Positions 27,220-41,757 are shown, counted from the stretch's first letter. The stretch is DNA of 64,000 nucleotides from Octopus vulgaris (GCA_951406725.2 OX597815.1:171306001-171370000); one strand, 5' to 3'. Notes: generated from the sequence alone by a model not told the origin. Translations and numbers: made by a program.

Positions 27220-28125
27220 CGTTATTCAGTTTTATTTCAAGATTTCTTGCCAATAGAGAAAGAGCCGATTTCGAATCTAGATCCAGGGCTCCTTGATTGG
27301 AATTTCATCAACATCAACAGGGTATTTTTTCGTGTATTTGCGTATATGCGCAGTATTTGGAGTCATTGCATGTGCAAAGTTATATGTTTTGCTTTATGTA
27401 TGTATTCTCATGCATATAGTTCCATGTTTAGACATGTGCATATATATTTAAATGTTAAAATACTAGGAAGTTTTACGGATATATGCAGTTCCAGTTATGG
27501 ATTGGATTTGTAGTCTTCGAATCAACTTTCTCTATTCTGATTTTGAGAAGCCTAATTTCTCAAGATTGGTACTTAGCCAGTGTGTTACATGTCCCAGTGC
27601 GCCAAAATGTACAGGTATAAATCTAAACTTGTAATCTGAGAGGAGTAACTGTAGATTTCTCAATAGTTCAGCATAAGTATTTTCTTTTTCGATGAACTTT
27701 AGCTTTATCTTAACATTCGCGAAGCAGCTGATTGCCACAACTGTACACAGATTCGCTTCTCTATCCAAAACCCCTATGTCTGGTTTATCATGTTTATATT
27801 TTACTGAAGTTTTCGCATTGACATTTTATTAGTACACCTTGTTGGTATGAGTGGCTACAGCTACTACCATACTGCGGGTTCCTATTTCTTTGGCTTCTGA
27901 TTTATCCTTCCGACAGATCTCATTATACAGTGTCTTAGCTACAGCATCATGTCTCATGGGTACATAATCCCGTGATGACATTTTCGGACAACTGCTTATG
28001 ATGTGTGTGATATTTTCGATGTTAACTCCACAAAGTCTGCTTCGGTTGTTATATTTTGGTGTTTTTCCTGGGTCTCTGTCCCTTTTGTGCATCAGGTATT
28101 TGGTTGGTATTTGGTTGGTATACAC
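27220..28125 (-). mobile_element. RLE-type LINE 3' fragment with a (CA)n tail (second family)
   Basis: RLCGVNIENITHIISSCPKMSSR, MRHD, FRFIPVHFGALGHV. The 3'UTR runs into the (CA)n array 26988-27218. Confidence 0.75.
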
Positions 28126-28167
28126 GATTTAATGCATATATATATACATACACACCCACACAATTAT

Positions 28168-28225
<58 letters not shown>

Positions 28226-28322
28226 GAAAGAATTAATTTCTTAACTATATGCTGTTCCTGTTCTGTGATAACATTGAAAACCTTTGGGTAAAGTAAGGAA
28301 GCTAACTAAGCATATATATATA

Positions 28323-29592
28323 TTGGGTTGTCCGGAAAGTTCGTGCCCATTTTTAAAGGAAGGAAAAAGGTCAGTAAATACATTTTTAATCAACCAAATA
28401 TGAAACATTTTGTTGCACAATGCGTCTCCATCTTTCCTTTAACTTGAAAATACCCTCTTTCCAGAATTGAGGTTGTTTTATGGCAAAGAATTCATCCAGG
28501 TATCTTTTAAAGTCATCCAAGGAATTGAAATTTTTACCATTAAGACTATTCTGCAGAGACCTGAATAAGTGAAAATCTGAACGAGCAATATCTGGTGATT
28601 ATGGAGGTTGGGGTAACACATCCCAGCCAAGCTGTAGCAATTTTTATCGGGTTCCCAAAGAAATGTGCGGTCTTGCATTATCATGTTGGAAAACAACACC
28701 TTTCCTGTAGGCCAATTCCGGACGTTTCTCTTGAATTGCCGCTTTTAACTCGCCCAGTTGTGTACAGTATTTCTCAGAATTAATTGTCTGGTTACTTGGG
28801 AGAAGCTCATAGTACAGAATTCCCTTCCAATCCCACCAGACACAAAGCAAGAAATTTTAGGGTGAAGACCCGCTTTTGGGGTGGCTAAGGGTGGCTCATG
28901 TTGCTTACTCTACAATCGCTTTCTCTTAACATTTCGGTAGATAATCCATTTCTCATCACCTGTCAAATTTGCTTTAAAAAAGGCGCATTTTCATTCAGTT
29001 TATAAAGCGAATCACAGGTGGGAGTTCAATCCAAAAGGTTCTTCTCACTCAACTCATTGTATCCAAACATCGTAGCGATTTGTGTACCCAAGCTTTACCA
29101 TGTGCTCATGAACGACAGATTTTGATAGGTTGAGGTTTTCTGCCAACTCTCGGGTTGTGCAATGTGGGTTATTCTCAATTAATGACTTGATTTGGTCATC
29201 ATCTGTAGATGATGGTCTGCCTGATCGCTCTTTATTAATAAGGCCGCAATCTCCAGCTCGGAACCTTGCGAACCACTTCCGTACAGTTCTTTCGGATAAA
29301 GAAACATCACCATAAACTGCGCATATTTCTTTGGTTCTTTGTGAGGTATTTTTTTCCGCTTTACGGAAAAATAAAAGCATCAAGTGCCGAAAATGAACTT
29401 TATCTTCCATTTTAAAAGGTTACATAATTAACACAGGTTATAGGAACATAAACCTTCTCCCACGAAAAGATAGCTTAAACTATGCTCTAAATGGAGGTGT
29501 AGTCAAATCCTATTTTATGGACTCAACCATGTTCTAAAATAAGTCGAAAGGTTAGCTACTATAAATCGGCACGGACTTTCCGGACAATCCAA
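28323..29592 (-). mobile_element. Full-length mariner (mellifera/cecropia-like) with a disrupted transposase
   Basis: ~30-bp TIRs TTGGGTTGTCCGGAAAGT..., TA TSDs, 1270 bp; HFRHLML, SERTVRKWFARF, TGDEKW, MLCVWWDWKG, FQHDNARPH. Confidence 0.92.
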
Positions 29593-29596
29593 TATA

Positions 29597-30866
29597 GGAG
29601 GGGCGTTCAATAAGTAATGCCCCTGACCCACTTGGATTTGTTTGATCTAGCTGAAGTTTTGCATGTGCACTTATTCATACCTCTATAGATTAAGTGGCGA
29701 ATTACAGCTCTGAAATAATTGTGGTTTCTGATTTACAGGTGTTTGAACTGAGTCAAGTGTGAAATGGAGCCTGTTGAGTATCGAGCAGTGATCTGGTTTT
29801 TGTATTTGAAAGGACGCACACCACGGGAGACTTTTGATGAAATGAAAGTAACTTATGGTGATGATGCCCCATCATATGACCTTGTAAAACGCTGGCATTG
29901 TGAATTCAAACATGGTTGGAACTCTGTGGAAACAGCTCCCAGATCTGGTCGCCCCCTTCTGCCGTTGATGAGACGTCTGTCCGTCAAGTTGAGGCTGCCA
30001 TTTTGGAAGGACAACGCATAACTATTCGCCAAATAGCCCATAAGGTCAAGATTAGTACCGGGTCTGTGGAAACTATCATTCATGACCATTTGCATATGCA
30101 AAAGGTGTCTGCCAGATGGATTTCCAGGTTGCTCACACCTTTCCAGAAGCAAGAACGCGTTGAGTGCTCGAGGATGAATTTGGAGATGTGCCAAGAAGAT
30201 GAGTCAAAATTTTTCAAAAGACTGATCACACAGGATAAATCCTGGGTCCATCACTATGATCCATAGACCAAAGCCCAGTCAATGCAGTGAAAGCACCGTG
30301 ACTCACCTCCTCCAAAGAAGGCAAGAGTGCAGCCCTCCGCTGACAAGGTTATGCTCACAGTCTTCTGGGACCAGGACGGAGTAGTGATGACAGATTTCCT
30401 GGCAAAGAGTACCACAATTACAGGAGCCTATTATGCTTTACTTTTGAGGAAATTAAGAGAAGCTATCAAAATCAAGAGTCGGGGCAAGATCAGCAAAGGC
30501 ATCCTCCTCCTGCAGGACAACGCTCCGGTCCACAACTTGCGTGTCGCCAGATCAGAAGCACAGGCGTGCAGCTATGAACTCCTCCCCTTGCACCCTCTGA
30601 TTTTCACCTCTTCCCAGCCATGAAGTTGATTTTGAAAGGAAAGCGTTTCCCAGATGATGCAGCCTTGATTTCTGAAGTCACGTCGTGGTTGGCGGACCAA
30701 GCTGGGGTCTTCTACAAAAACGGTCTCCAGAGCTGTATCAAACGATGGGAGAAATGCATATCTCTGGGTAGTTCCTATGTAGGAAAAGACTAATAACTGT
30801 GCCAAGTGTCGTTGCTCTACTGCTATGGGAAGTGGGTCAGGGGCATTACTTATTGAACGCCCCTCG
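29597..30866 (+). mobile_element. Full-length mariner (irritans-like) with a disrupted transposase
   Basis: TIR (C/G)GAGGGGCGTTCAATAAGTAATGCCCCTGACCCACTT, TA TSDs, 1270 bp; EYRAVI, KVSARWISRLLT, ITQDKSWVHHYDP, LLQDNAPVH. Confidence 0.92.
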
Positions 30867-30888
30867 TATATATATATATATATAGAAA

Positions 30889-31408
30889 CGAGTGGAAGCC
30901 CCAAATTATCTGCACTTTTGCCATAACGTATTTTGATTATTGTTTGCATGCTTATAGTCGGTACTACTTTGGTCACGTGATCGTAGTTTGAGCCTGATTG
31001 CGCCATTTTTCTTTCTGGCTTTGCAGGATATGAATGGCCGCTCCACTAGCAATGTGCACCAAGTTTTCTGGCCACTTTTAAACTTCTTGATCCACTCATA
31101 CACACTTCTACGCGGTAGTGCACTGTCCCCGTATTGTGCTAAAAGCATCCGATGAATTTCGTCATCTGACACCCCTTCCGACCAGAGAAATCGGATCACT
31201 GTTCTTTGTTCTTCTTTGGTGCACATTGCTAGTGAAGTAGCCATGCTTACACTGTAAAGTCAGAAAGGAAAATAGCGCGATCATGCTCAAACTTCGATTG
31301 CATGACCATAATAGCACCAGCTGTAAGCACGCGTGCGCAGAAGGTAGTACCACAGTAATAAAGATATGTTATGACGAAAATATACGGATAATTTATGACT
31401 TCCCCTCG
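30889..31408 (-). mobile_element. Internally deleted mariner (third family)
   Basis: TIRs CGAGGGGAAGTCATAAATTATC (31408) and degenerate CGAGTGGAAGCCCCAAATTATC (30889); N-terminal HTH EQRTVIRFLWSEG...RRSVYEWIKKFKSG. Confidence 0.8.
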
Positions 31409-31488
31409 TATATACACATATACATACACACACGCTCACACACATACATACATATATATATATATATATACATACATACATACATACA

Positions 31489-31566
<78 letters not shown>

Positions 31567-32421
31567 TCTGAAAAAGTTGTAAGAAGTAGTTTATGAATTT
31601 CAATAATTTATAATATGACTTTTAAAATATGTTTTTGTATTATTTTTATTATCATATTACCTATTGATTTATATAATGTTTTGTTTGCTTTTGATGTTCT
31701 CATTTGTATAATTAATAAATAATGTAAAATTGTAATATCCATAAGTTGATGAACGTGATAAATTTGTTTCTTCATTTTCATATTTGTATTATATATATAT
31801 ACATATGTGTACGAGGAGAAGTCACTGATATGATATGATATAATACGACATATGATATGATGTGATATGATACGATATGATGTGACAAGATATGTGATAT
31901 GCAAATAGCAAAAATAACAAATAAAAATCAGTTACGGATAAAATATTCAACACGAGTTACAGTTGTTTGTCTTTATTAATAATTAGATTTTAACTTTACG
32001 TCAAGAGCTTCTTCATTGTTGATGAAATAGTAAATATATTTACAAATATTCGTGTATCAGAAAAGTCCTGGAAAAGATCACGAAACTACGGTATGCACGA
32101 AAGTTTATGTGGTGTATGCATCAGTTTGAGGAAACTATTTTTAAAACACAAAAACGAAACGTTAAACAGGGTATTTTAAAGTTAAAAACTGTTTTCTATA
32201 GTTCTCTCCTGAAACTGATGAATTCTCGAGTGCAACTTTGTTTCTCTAGCAGTTCCTTGAGTCTTCTGATATTTGAAGTTGATATTTTAATCATTATAAA
32301 TATATTGGCACAGCAATCAGTATATGAATATATTTTTGTTCAAGTATGTACATATGTGTGTTTTCGAAGAAGGATGTTTTATTTTAAATAGATATTGTAG
32401 AACCCATATATGTTTTATTTG

Positions 32422-33571
32422 TTAAAATTTACTTGTATTGCCATGATTGTTTTCAGCTGTTCTAGCATTCCATAAATATTCCACTAAATCAGACAACACA
32501 AAATATGATGAGTTTTTCCCAACAATTCTTAAAGCCAGTATTCCATCATTTTTAAGATATTCATCGGTGAAACTTTTACATTCTATTTTATCCATTCTTG
32601 TTGCTCCATAGCCTTTGGATTTTAGGAATCTGAAAAAGTAATTGATATAGCTCTGCCTTGCAAGTAGTCTGTACAGCCAAAGAAGTAAGCTTAAACAGCT
32701 TAAAACAGCAATAAAACTGAACCAAAACCATAGAAAGATGAAAATCTTCTCATTAAGAACATTAATCGGAAGTAAACATCTAGCCTTCAAGGTTAGATTT
32801 ATATCTTGATGTCTTACTTGGAAGTTACAGTAAGCATCTTTAGGGAAATAATGTTTTGTTGAGTTGGAGTCTTGAAGCAGTTTTGAACCGAATGCAGTAA
32901 AGTTTAACTTTAGTAAAAACGAGAGTAAGAAATATTGACATATGGCATTCAGCGTGTACCATATTTTGCTAATAAGATAAATTCCAGACAGATATGTACC
33001 TCGATGCTTATTTATAGTGAATATATGGAAAATGCTAATTTTTCCCTTGGATATCTGTCGTACATTTTCCAATCTCCTGTTAACCATAATCCATTTGTGA
33101 ATATAAGAAGCCATTTGCTGAATGTATTCATTTCGTTCATTTTCTGACACCATCTGAAGATCATTTGTAAGTTGAACTAATTTATTAACATTCAGCCCAG
33201 AAGTTTTATTCATCATTACCCAGAAATAATTGGGGACCTTGAATAAAAATGCTTGGAATAATAGAATTATAGGAATCCAGAGATGATAATGGATCATAGT
33301 AGTGTGTTCCTTTTCACTTAGTTTCTTGTCATCAGGTACATAGTACAAAGTACCAGTCCAGCACATACTTTCCATAAATTGACGGTCTGATGACCGTAAT
33401 AACACTGGCCTCCAGCAACTGATACCATGTTTTATATAAGTGCCAGAACTTACAACAACAGTAAATATAAAAAGCGCAGTAACTGTATATATATGGCTTA
33501 ATTTATCGACGAGGTCATCATCTCCGCTGCCAAGAAACCATCTTTTTAAAACTTTCACTGTTTTAACACCC
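32422..33571 (-). CDS. inx: Innexin, paralog B; main coding exon (ORF track 32422-33633, whose N-terminal ~20 codons are probably intronic)
   Basis: DDDLVDKLSHIYT, ISC...MCW, HYHLWIP, FPKDAYC...RCLLPINVLNEKIFIFLWFWF, EYLKNDG, KNS. Acceptor TTTTCTTATTTTAG ends at 33572 (minus strand). Confidence 0.95.
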
Positions 33572-34599
33572 CTAAAATAAGAAAAAAAGCATCTTGATAT
33601 TGAATTAATTAAAAACAAAAACAAATAAAGCAATGAAGTTTAATCATCAAGGAACACCTTATTTTTTAGCGAATTTTATCTATAATATAATTTTGTTCGC
33701 GTTGTTTTTTTTTCTTTTCGTGTTAAATTTTAAGCAGCAGTTCGGAGACTTTAAGTATATGTTTGTTTGAAAACTATTGCACGTCTGAACGTACAGTATA
33801 ACCCTCAGCCAACTGAGGTATGGTATACGTAGAGCATAGCGACTGTAGCTGATACCTAATACTCCTACTGATACCTTTCTACCTATACACAAATACATAC
33901 ACACACACATATGACTATGCTATAGGTTTTCTCGACTGAAATTGACCTACTCTACACATCAGCAACAAATATATCGGTCAAACGTCTCTCCTTGATTGAG
34001 ATCATAGAACATCCTTGCATGAATATTTCTAACAACCAAAGCTCCATTGTTTATTGATTCTATGATCCGCTAAACATTTATAATCTATATCTAAAAACAA
34101 CAATATGCTGGACGATGAAGGACTTCACATATGAGAAAGTTTACATTAGGTACAATGTACGCTCTTCTAGAACGTGGAATATCTCAAACAAAATATTTTA
34201 GACAATCCGCGTTTTTAATTTATATACGATCTTCCTTCTCACCCATAAAACACACACACACATGCTAATACTAAAATGTTATAACATTTTACTAGAAGAG
34301 GGCATAACTGTACAATAACGTCAACATTGCCTTATTAGTTAAGAAGCACAATTCTAAACAAATAATTTAAAGTAGCTCGTATCAAGTCCATCATCTCACT
34401 TCTTACTAGCAAGATCATAGAACATTAAATGTAACCTACAAAAAAATTCAAAATCTAAATATGCTACCATATTAGAAATTGGTTACATATCTACAACATT
34501 TAAAGTGTACTAAAATGACAATAAAAAGAAAGTGAAACACGTGAGATCAATCTCTAACAACCACGAATATTCCATTTGGTCAAAACATAGAAACAAGAT

Positions 34600-34805
34600 T
34601 ACTCTTTTACTTGTTTCTGTCATTTGACTGTGGCCATGCTGGAGTACCGCCTTTAGTCGAGCAAATCGACCCCAGGACTTATTCTTTGTAAGCCTAGTAC
34701 TTATTCTATCGGTCTCTTTTGCCGAACTGCTAAGTTACGGTGACGTAAACACACCAGCATCGGTTGTCAAGTGATGTTGGGGGACAAACACAGACACACA
34801 AACAT

Positions 34806-34856
<51 letters not shown>

Positions 34857-35022
34857 TACGACGGGCTTCTTTCAGTTTCCGTCTATCAAATCCACTCACA
34901 AGGCTTTGGTCGACCCGAGGCTATAGTAGAAGACACTTGCCCAAGGTGCCACGCAGTGGGGCTGAACCCGGAACCGTGTGGTTGGTAAACAAGCTACTTA
35001 TCACACAGCCACTTCTACGCCT
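34600..35022 (-). mobile_element. SINE family B (full length)
   Basis: Complete head, internal microsatellite and tail. Confidence 0.85.
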
Positions 35023-35656
35023 ATTAATATACAAACTATATATTAGATCCACAATAGAGTGTGTCTGTCCATTATGGCACTTTCAATATCTTATCTTACC
35101 ACAACAAAGTACGAAAAACTAAAAGTAGCATTTTTTCGAAATATTACAAGGTGCTCACAGACCAAAACCCACCTAACACAGTAAAAAACAAAAACAAAAA
35201 AAAACTCAAAATAGAAGACAAGTTGGACATGAAAGTTATACAGTTTTTTTTTCTTTTTTAACGCATCTAACTCAAACCCCATATAGTCTCTAGCTCAAAA
35301 AAACGTCTGCAAACACCAGATATATCTTTGATACACTAGATGACTATTGTAACAGCATCGTTAGGAGACTATACTTCTTACTCCGCTCTGACAAATATAA
35401 AAAGTATGTACACAAACAAGGCATTGACGTCATTAACTCCGAAATCACTGTTCTGGGATATACACTGTCAGTAACAAATTCTTAAATTCAAATATACAAA
35501 AACTGCCCCACTCCAACAGAATCCATATTTGCTCGTCTCTCTTGTGGGAGCAACAATGTACAAGTATATAGATGGATGACCTTGTAGTCACTAAACCTGC
35601 TAGAAATAGCAAACAAATCACTGTCAAACTATTAGAGTGATATTTGAATAATGACC

Positions 35657-35694
<38 letters not shown>

Positions 35695-35697
<3 letters not shown>

Positions 35698-35925
35698 CTT
35701 TATTACCCACAAGGGGCTAAACATAGAGAGGACAAACAAGGACAGACAGAGAGATTAAGTCGATTACATCGACCCCAGTGCGTAACTGGTACTTAATTTA
35801 TCGACCCCGAAAGGATGAAAGGCAAAGTCGACCTCGGCGGAATTTGAACTCGGAACGTAACGGCAAACGTAATACGGCTACGCATTTCGCCCGGCGTGCT
35901 AACATTTCTGCCAACTCGCCGCCTT
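35695..35925 (-). mobile_element. SINE family A monomer
   Basis: Homology to 26003-26233. Confidence 0.85.
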
Positions 35926-36529
35926 ATATGTTACATATATATAGATGGGAGCGATCACCTCCCCTCGCAAATACTAATTGGACACGTTAGCCACCTGGAG
36001 GAGATGTCTTCCAGGAGCTATAAACATCAGTAGCACTGTCCTGTATGGGACGCCACACTTAGCTGGCAAATATATATTACTAGCACTGGTTATATCTCGC
36101 TCAGAGATTTAATATAATATTCTCTTATATATATATATATATATACCATAACTTGGAAAATGAGATGGTCACAATCGGAATGCTTTTTATTGTCGGTCTG
36201 CTCAATCAAGGCCGCTTTGGGACTAAACAATAGCATACAGGAAAGGTTTAAAAACTGGTAAAACACCGGCAGGTACGGGCCTCTGCACTACGCCAACAAT
36301 AAAGCACAACATAGTCGAGCAAAGGCATCTCTAGGTATCAGTCCATTCGGTTAGAAATAGCGAAGAAATCTTCAAATCGCACTTTACTGTCATTGAAAAT
36401 TAGGTTACATTATTATTAGATAAAGTCATTCCGGATACAAACGGTTACAAATATCGGTTGGCACGACTGTAAGTATAGATCTACTCAATTACGAATGCCC
36501 TTGATCTACCGGAAATATAATTTCTTACA

Positions 36530-36935
36530 GTACATCTCAACTTCAATGGGCGCCACTGCATAGTGCCAAGGACTCCAAATTTGCCATCAAGATGTAGGAC
36601 AAGATACTGTGATAGCCTGGGCTTCAGAGGCCCACAACTCTTCAATATCCTCCCGAAGAACCTGAGAGACCTGCATGGGGTGGATGCAGATGTCTTTAAA
36701 ATGAAGCTGGATCTCTTCCTGTCAGGTGTCCCAGATGAACCAACTTCACGACAGGAGGTGCAGATGAGGGCAGCTGCATCGAACTCTCTCATGCACCAAA
36801 TGGCAATTGCTAAAAAGCATTCGTGAAGTAAAATCGTGCAGCAACACTAAATGGCGGTGCCCCAGCATGGCCACAGCTCGTGAGCTGAAACTAGATAAAA
36901 TAAAAATAAAATAAAATAAAATAAAATAAAATAAA
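36530..36935 (+). mobile_element. 5'-truncated CR1/L2/Jockey-group LINE 3' end with (ATAAA)n tail
   Basis: Open C-terminus GPQLFNILP...FKMKLDLFLSGVPDEP...RAAASNSL, a 3' stem-loop and an (ATAAA)n tail at 36895-36935. Confidence 0.75.
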
Positions 36936-37772
36936 TATTAGTGTAATCCTCTTGGCTAAGTTATCCACCTATGTGCACCATTTAATTCCTACACATTCAA
37001 AATGGCTCGTCAGCCTGCTCCATACATTTTTGAGCACTCTGTACATTTTTGAGTCGCTAGCTTACTTCCAACAGTATACGTACACTATCATGTAGATGAT
37101 TTCTCATTCACTTATCCTTATTCTTTGCACACCGAACGCTAGGTTTGCACTACCTCTATGAACAGAATCCTCCCCAGAAAACATGACACCTTTTTCTAGA
37201 TATAAATAATATACACTTACAACCCCCAGATTTGCTATAGATGCTAGGCCTCACTTCTCTGAATATAATTGACTAGCCCTATTTCCATGCCGATGAAGGA
37301 GTCCTACGATCAAAGACATTCCACTCGTGACCAACATGTCCTTTTGCCAGATATTATTTATCTTGGCTATCACTATCCGATGTATCAATCTCATTACTAA
37401 ACGAAAGATTGTGGTTTCAATATTTAGCTGTAATCAGGGTCAAGCAACTATGCAAAGGTTCCCGGTGATGATCAACTCGGACACACCTACTTAACAGTGT
37501 AAAAGTTCATACAAAGACTATATTTCGTATTTACTTAAATTTGTTTCAGTCATTGCTTTGCAGCGCTACTGGGGCACCATCTGGAAGGTTTAGTCAGACA
37601 AATCGTTCCCAGTATTTTTTTTTAAAATCTGGTACTTATTCTATCAGTTTCTTTTGCTGGACAACAAAGTTATGGGGACATAAACAAGCCAACAGCAGTT
37701 TTCAAACGATGGCCGGACATACAGAAACCCGTAGATACACACTCGCACATATATACATATATTCATGAGCGA

Positions 37773-37894
<122 letters not shown>

Positions 37895-37923
37895 CTATGT
37901 ATATATATATATATATATATATG

Positions 37924-37970
<47 letters not shown>

Positions 37971-37980
37971 TGTATGTATC

Positions 37981-38020
<40 letters not shown>

Positions 38021-38714
38021 CATACATATATACATACATACATACATATATACATATACGACGGGCATCCACGCAATTTCTGACAACCAAATTCACTCGC
38101 AAGATATTCGTAGGCCCGGAACTAGAGTAAAAGACAATTGCCTGAGGTGCCACGTAGGGGAACTGAACTTGAGACCATGTGAATGAAAAGTTAGCTTCTT
38201 CACTACTCAGCCCTGTCTGATATCTCAATTTGACCAGCAATCACTAATAAGATTAATCTATCAAGAACGGCACCGCCCCCGTATTGCATCCAAAATTAAT
38301 GTCATTCAGCAGATTGTCTAAAATCTATTCAGCAGCGTAAATCACACATTGCTCCTTTGAACAAAGAAATTTCTTATCCCACTTCATACAGGTTTATCCG
38401 ACATCCGCTTTTCTTCCGCTTCCGCATCTCTCGCATCTCTCAATCCGCAACAAACACACTTACTCAAGCATTCTCCAGATATCTTCCTTGCCGACGTCGT
38501 TTATGCAGACGTCAACCCATATACGTTCAAACGAAACAGCAACAGTACATATCTTACCGATCTGAGAGATCCTACAAAGTTATTGAGTAGAGTACCTCTC
38601 ATCTTTTGACTAGCCAAAAGGGGGAAAATATATACACACAATAACTAAGAGTCTTCAGCAGGAGTCTAAAACATATCTAAATATATTAACTTAAGTATAT
38701 TTAAATACGTCCCA

Positions 38715-39107
38715 AACCTTATTTGTACTCTACGTACAAGCCTTGAAAATTTGGTAGTTGGAGTGCTAATTGATTACATCGAGCTCAACTGGTACCTCGG
38801 CGAAATTTGAACTCAGTTCGTAAAGCCGGGAGAAACACTACTAAGAATTTTGTCCGGCGCGCTAAAGATTCTTATTTCTCTATTGCCCACAAGGGGCTAA
38901 ACATAGAGGGGACAAACAAGGACAGACAAAGGGATTAAGTCGATTGCAACGTCCCCAGTGCGTAACTGGTACTTAATTTATCGACCCCGAAAGGATGAAA
39001 GGCAAAGTCGACCTCGGTGGAATTTGAACTCAGAACGTAACGGCAGACGAAATATTGCTAAGCATTTCGTCCGGCGTGCTAACGTTTCTGTAAGCTCACC
39101 GCCTTAA
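38715..39107 (-). mobile_element. SINE family A (young copy adjacent to an older copy)
   Basis: Homology to family A. Further degenerate copies at 1-90, 4763-4942, 40137-40303, 40757-40885, 43750-43971, 46240-46420, 49205-49346 and 54270-54380. Confidence 0.8.
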
Positions 39108-39187
39108 CGCGTACGGATGATGCCTGATTCAATTCTACCGGTCATGTGCTTGCACAGTAAGGTTTGATATTAATGATGCTAACAACA

Positions 39188-39241
<54 letters not shown>

Positions 39242-39259
39242 CAAATGCGCAACCGGTAA

Positions 39260-39334
<75 letters not shown>

Positions 39335-40497
39335 TGTACACTATGTGTAATATTACCGAATTTACAATTCTTTTATTTTTTATCCGTTTCAGTAATTTGA
39401 CTGCGGTCATGCTGGGGCACTGCATTGAAGGGTTTTTTTGTCGAACAAATCGACTTCAAGACTTTCGTTGTTTTTTAAGCCTTGTACTTATTCCGTCCGC
39501 CTCTTTTGCCGAAACGCTAGGCTACGGGTACGTAAACACACCTGCACCGGTTGTCAAGCGGTGGTGAGGGACAATCGGACACAAATACACACACAACGCA
39601 GCGGGACTGAACTCGGAACCATGTTTTTGGAAAGCAAGCTTCTTACCACATAGCTACGTAGGCGTGGCTGTGTGGTAAGTTTAATACTGTAGTCTATTAC
39701 AACAAATTGTTTAAATAAAATATATAACAGTAATTAAACAATTCAAATAAAACAGCATTTCAATGGATATTTAAGTAGATCAAATAAATAGGGTTATGTA
39801 TGACGTTTTCTAATATAGGTAGAATGCTTGAAATCTTAAAGGAGAATGGTTGATAGTAGATTATATCGACCTCAGTACTTCACTTCGAAAGGATGAAAGG
39901 CTTAGTAACTGAGACGAAATTAGAACTCAGAACTTTATATAATAATAACATATATTTCTAACTAATCAGATATAATTCCATTTGTTTTATCTATATCAAT
40001 AATTAAAAACATCCCTAGGCTATAATTCGCAGCTTCTAAACTTTAATTACGCTTCTAAATATGTCATTTGCTCAATTTGGGATAATTTGTGGATGTATGA
40101 TATGTAAATGTAAATGTTGTAATTATATATATTAATCTATTTCGTCTGTCTTCACGTTCTAGATTCAAATTCCGCCGAGGTTGACTTTGACTTTTATCCT
40201 TTCGGGGTGGACAAATTAAGTACCAGTGAAACACTGGAGTCGATGTAATCGACTTGCCCCCTCCTCCCAAAAATGTCAGCCTTTGTGTTTATAACAGAAA
40301 GGATATATTAATCTCCCGAAACACACAAATATGTTATTTGCATAATTTATGATGCGTTTATAACTATATTATGTAAACACTGTAATTACACATGCTAACC
40401 TCCCTAAACACACCCATAGAAGCATATGCATATACACATGCCGTTCTCTCTTTCTTTCATTTTTTTCTGTCTGTCCGTCTAATTGTCTCTCTCTCTA

Positions 40498-40555
<58 letters not shown>

Positions 40556-41069
40556 TCTTTCTCTCTGCATTATAGATAAATAGATGTGTATATAAATTGT
40601 GTGTAGAAAGAAATATAGTAGAATAATGTTGGTACATTTGTGAAACAAACCCAGTTAGTTTAGCGATATTATCCTCATAGTAGCCATGTTTAAATCCTTA
40701 TTATATGAAATCATATTAAAAAATAAATGAAATCATTATTAAAGAAAGATATACCCGCAGGATCGACTTAGCCGTTCATCCTTAAAGGGTTGATAGAATA
40801 AGTAACAGTTGTACACAGGATCGATGTAATCTCCATATTCTTAACCTTAAAAATCGCTGGCATTGTACCAAAATTTCAAACCGTTATTAAAAAAATATAT
40901 ATATGTAACTTTCTATAGAATCTTTCAATTAAAAAAAATTAATAAAATATCAAATAGCAAATTAAATAATTCTCTTAACTAAAACCAATTTAGTTCAGAA
41001 ATTGCAACGCTAATTATTGTTTTGAGTTTCTATAAACAACAATTAACATATTTTTTAGGATATACTTAC

Positions 41070-41112
41070 ATTGTGACACTCCTCTGGTCAGCGTCTGCTC
41101 TAAGTATACTGG
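41070..41112 (-). CDS. inx: Putative exon 1 of innexin B (5'UTR plus the AT of a split start codon); 5' boundary uncertain
   Basis: Minus strand reads GTGTCACAAT|GTAAGTAT, a consensus donor. AT plus the G at 33571 gives ACAATGG (A at -3, G at +4) and an in-frame 383-aa protein MGVKTVKV... It lies in unique, repeat-free DNA. Confidence 0.5.
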
Positions 41113-41546
41113 CTACAACAAATAATAACAATTTACTACTACTTTGACGTAAGTGGGTAGAGTCAAAACTTATTTTCAAGAGGCGAGGTGTGTTTAAACA
41201 TATATGTACATATGGAGGCTGTGCTCTTTACATATTAGGATATCATTGACGACGGTACACATGCCAGCCAGAAGAGTGATGTATATCGTCCGATGACCCA
41301 CGGTCCGAGGTTCTATTGATGAGGGGATTAAAGTTTTCATTTATAACTTCGGCAATATACTATAATAAATGTATATCACTGTACATAATATGAGATGAGA
41401 TTTGATTAACCCAGGTTGGGTTACCTTGGGGTAGGCTATCTGATGCTGAAAGGCCTGAAACAGTTAATGACTTCAGGAAACCTCACTGATGATATGTCCG
41501 GTATATATATATATATATATATAGATAGATAGATAGATAGATAGAC

Positions 41547-41603
<57 letters not shown>

Positions 41604-41608
41604 TATAC

Positions 41609-41667
<59 letters not shown>

Positions 41668-41757
41668 TATATACATATATATATATTTATATATATACAT
41701 ATATATATTTATATTATATATATGTACACGCATATATGTATGTATATATGCCCATAC

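Noticed and set aside
38558-38609. 52-nt minus-strand exon-like segment (good acceptor, ATG, GTAAGA donor; MRGTLLNNFVGSLRS)
   Set aside because: It ends in phase 0, so splicing to the phase-2 innexin B exon gives an immediate stop. At most a non-productive exon, unsupported without RNA data.
41430-41500. CTGATG..GAAA and CTGATGA motifs near the innexin B promoter
   Set aside because: No consistent stems I-III; the core is incomplete or cut by a microsatellite.
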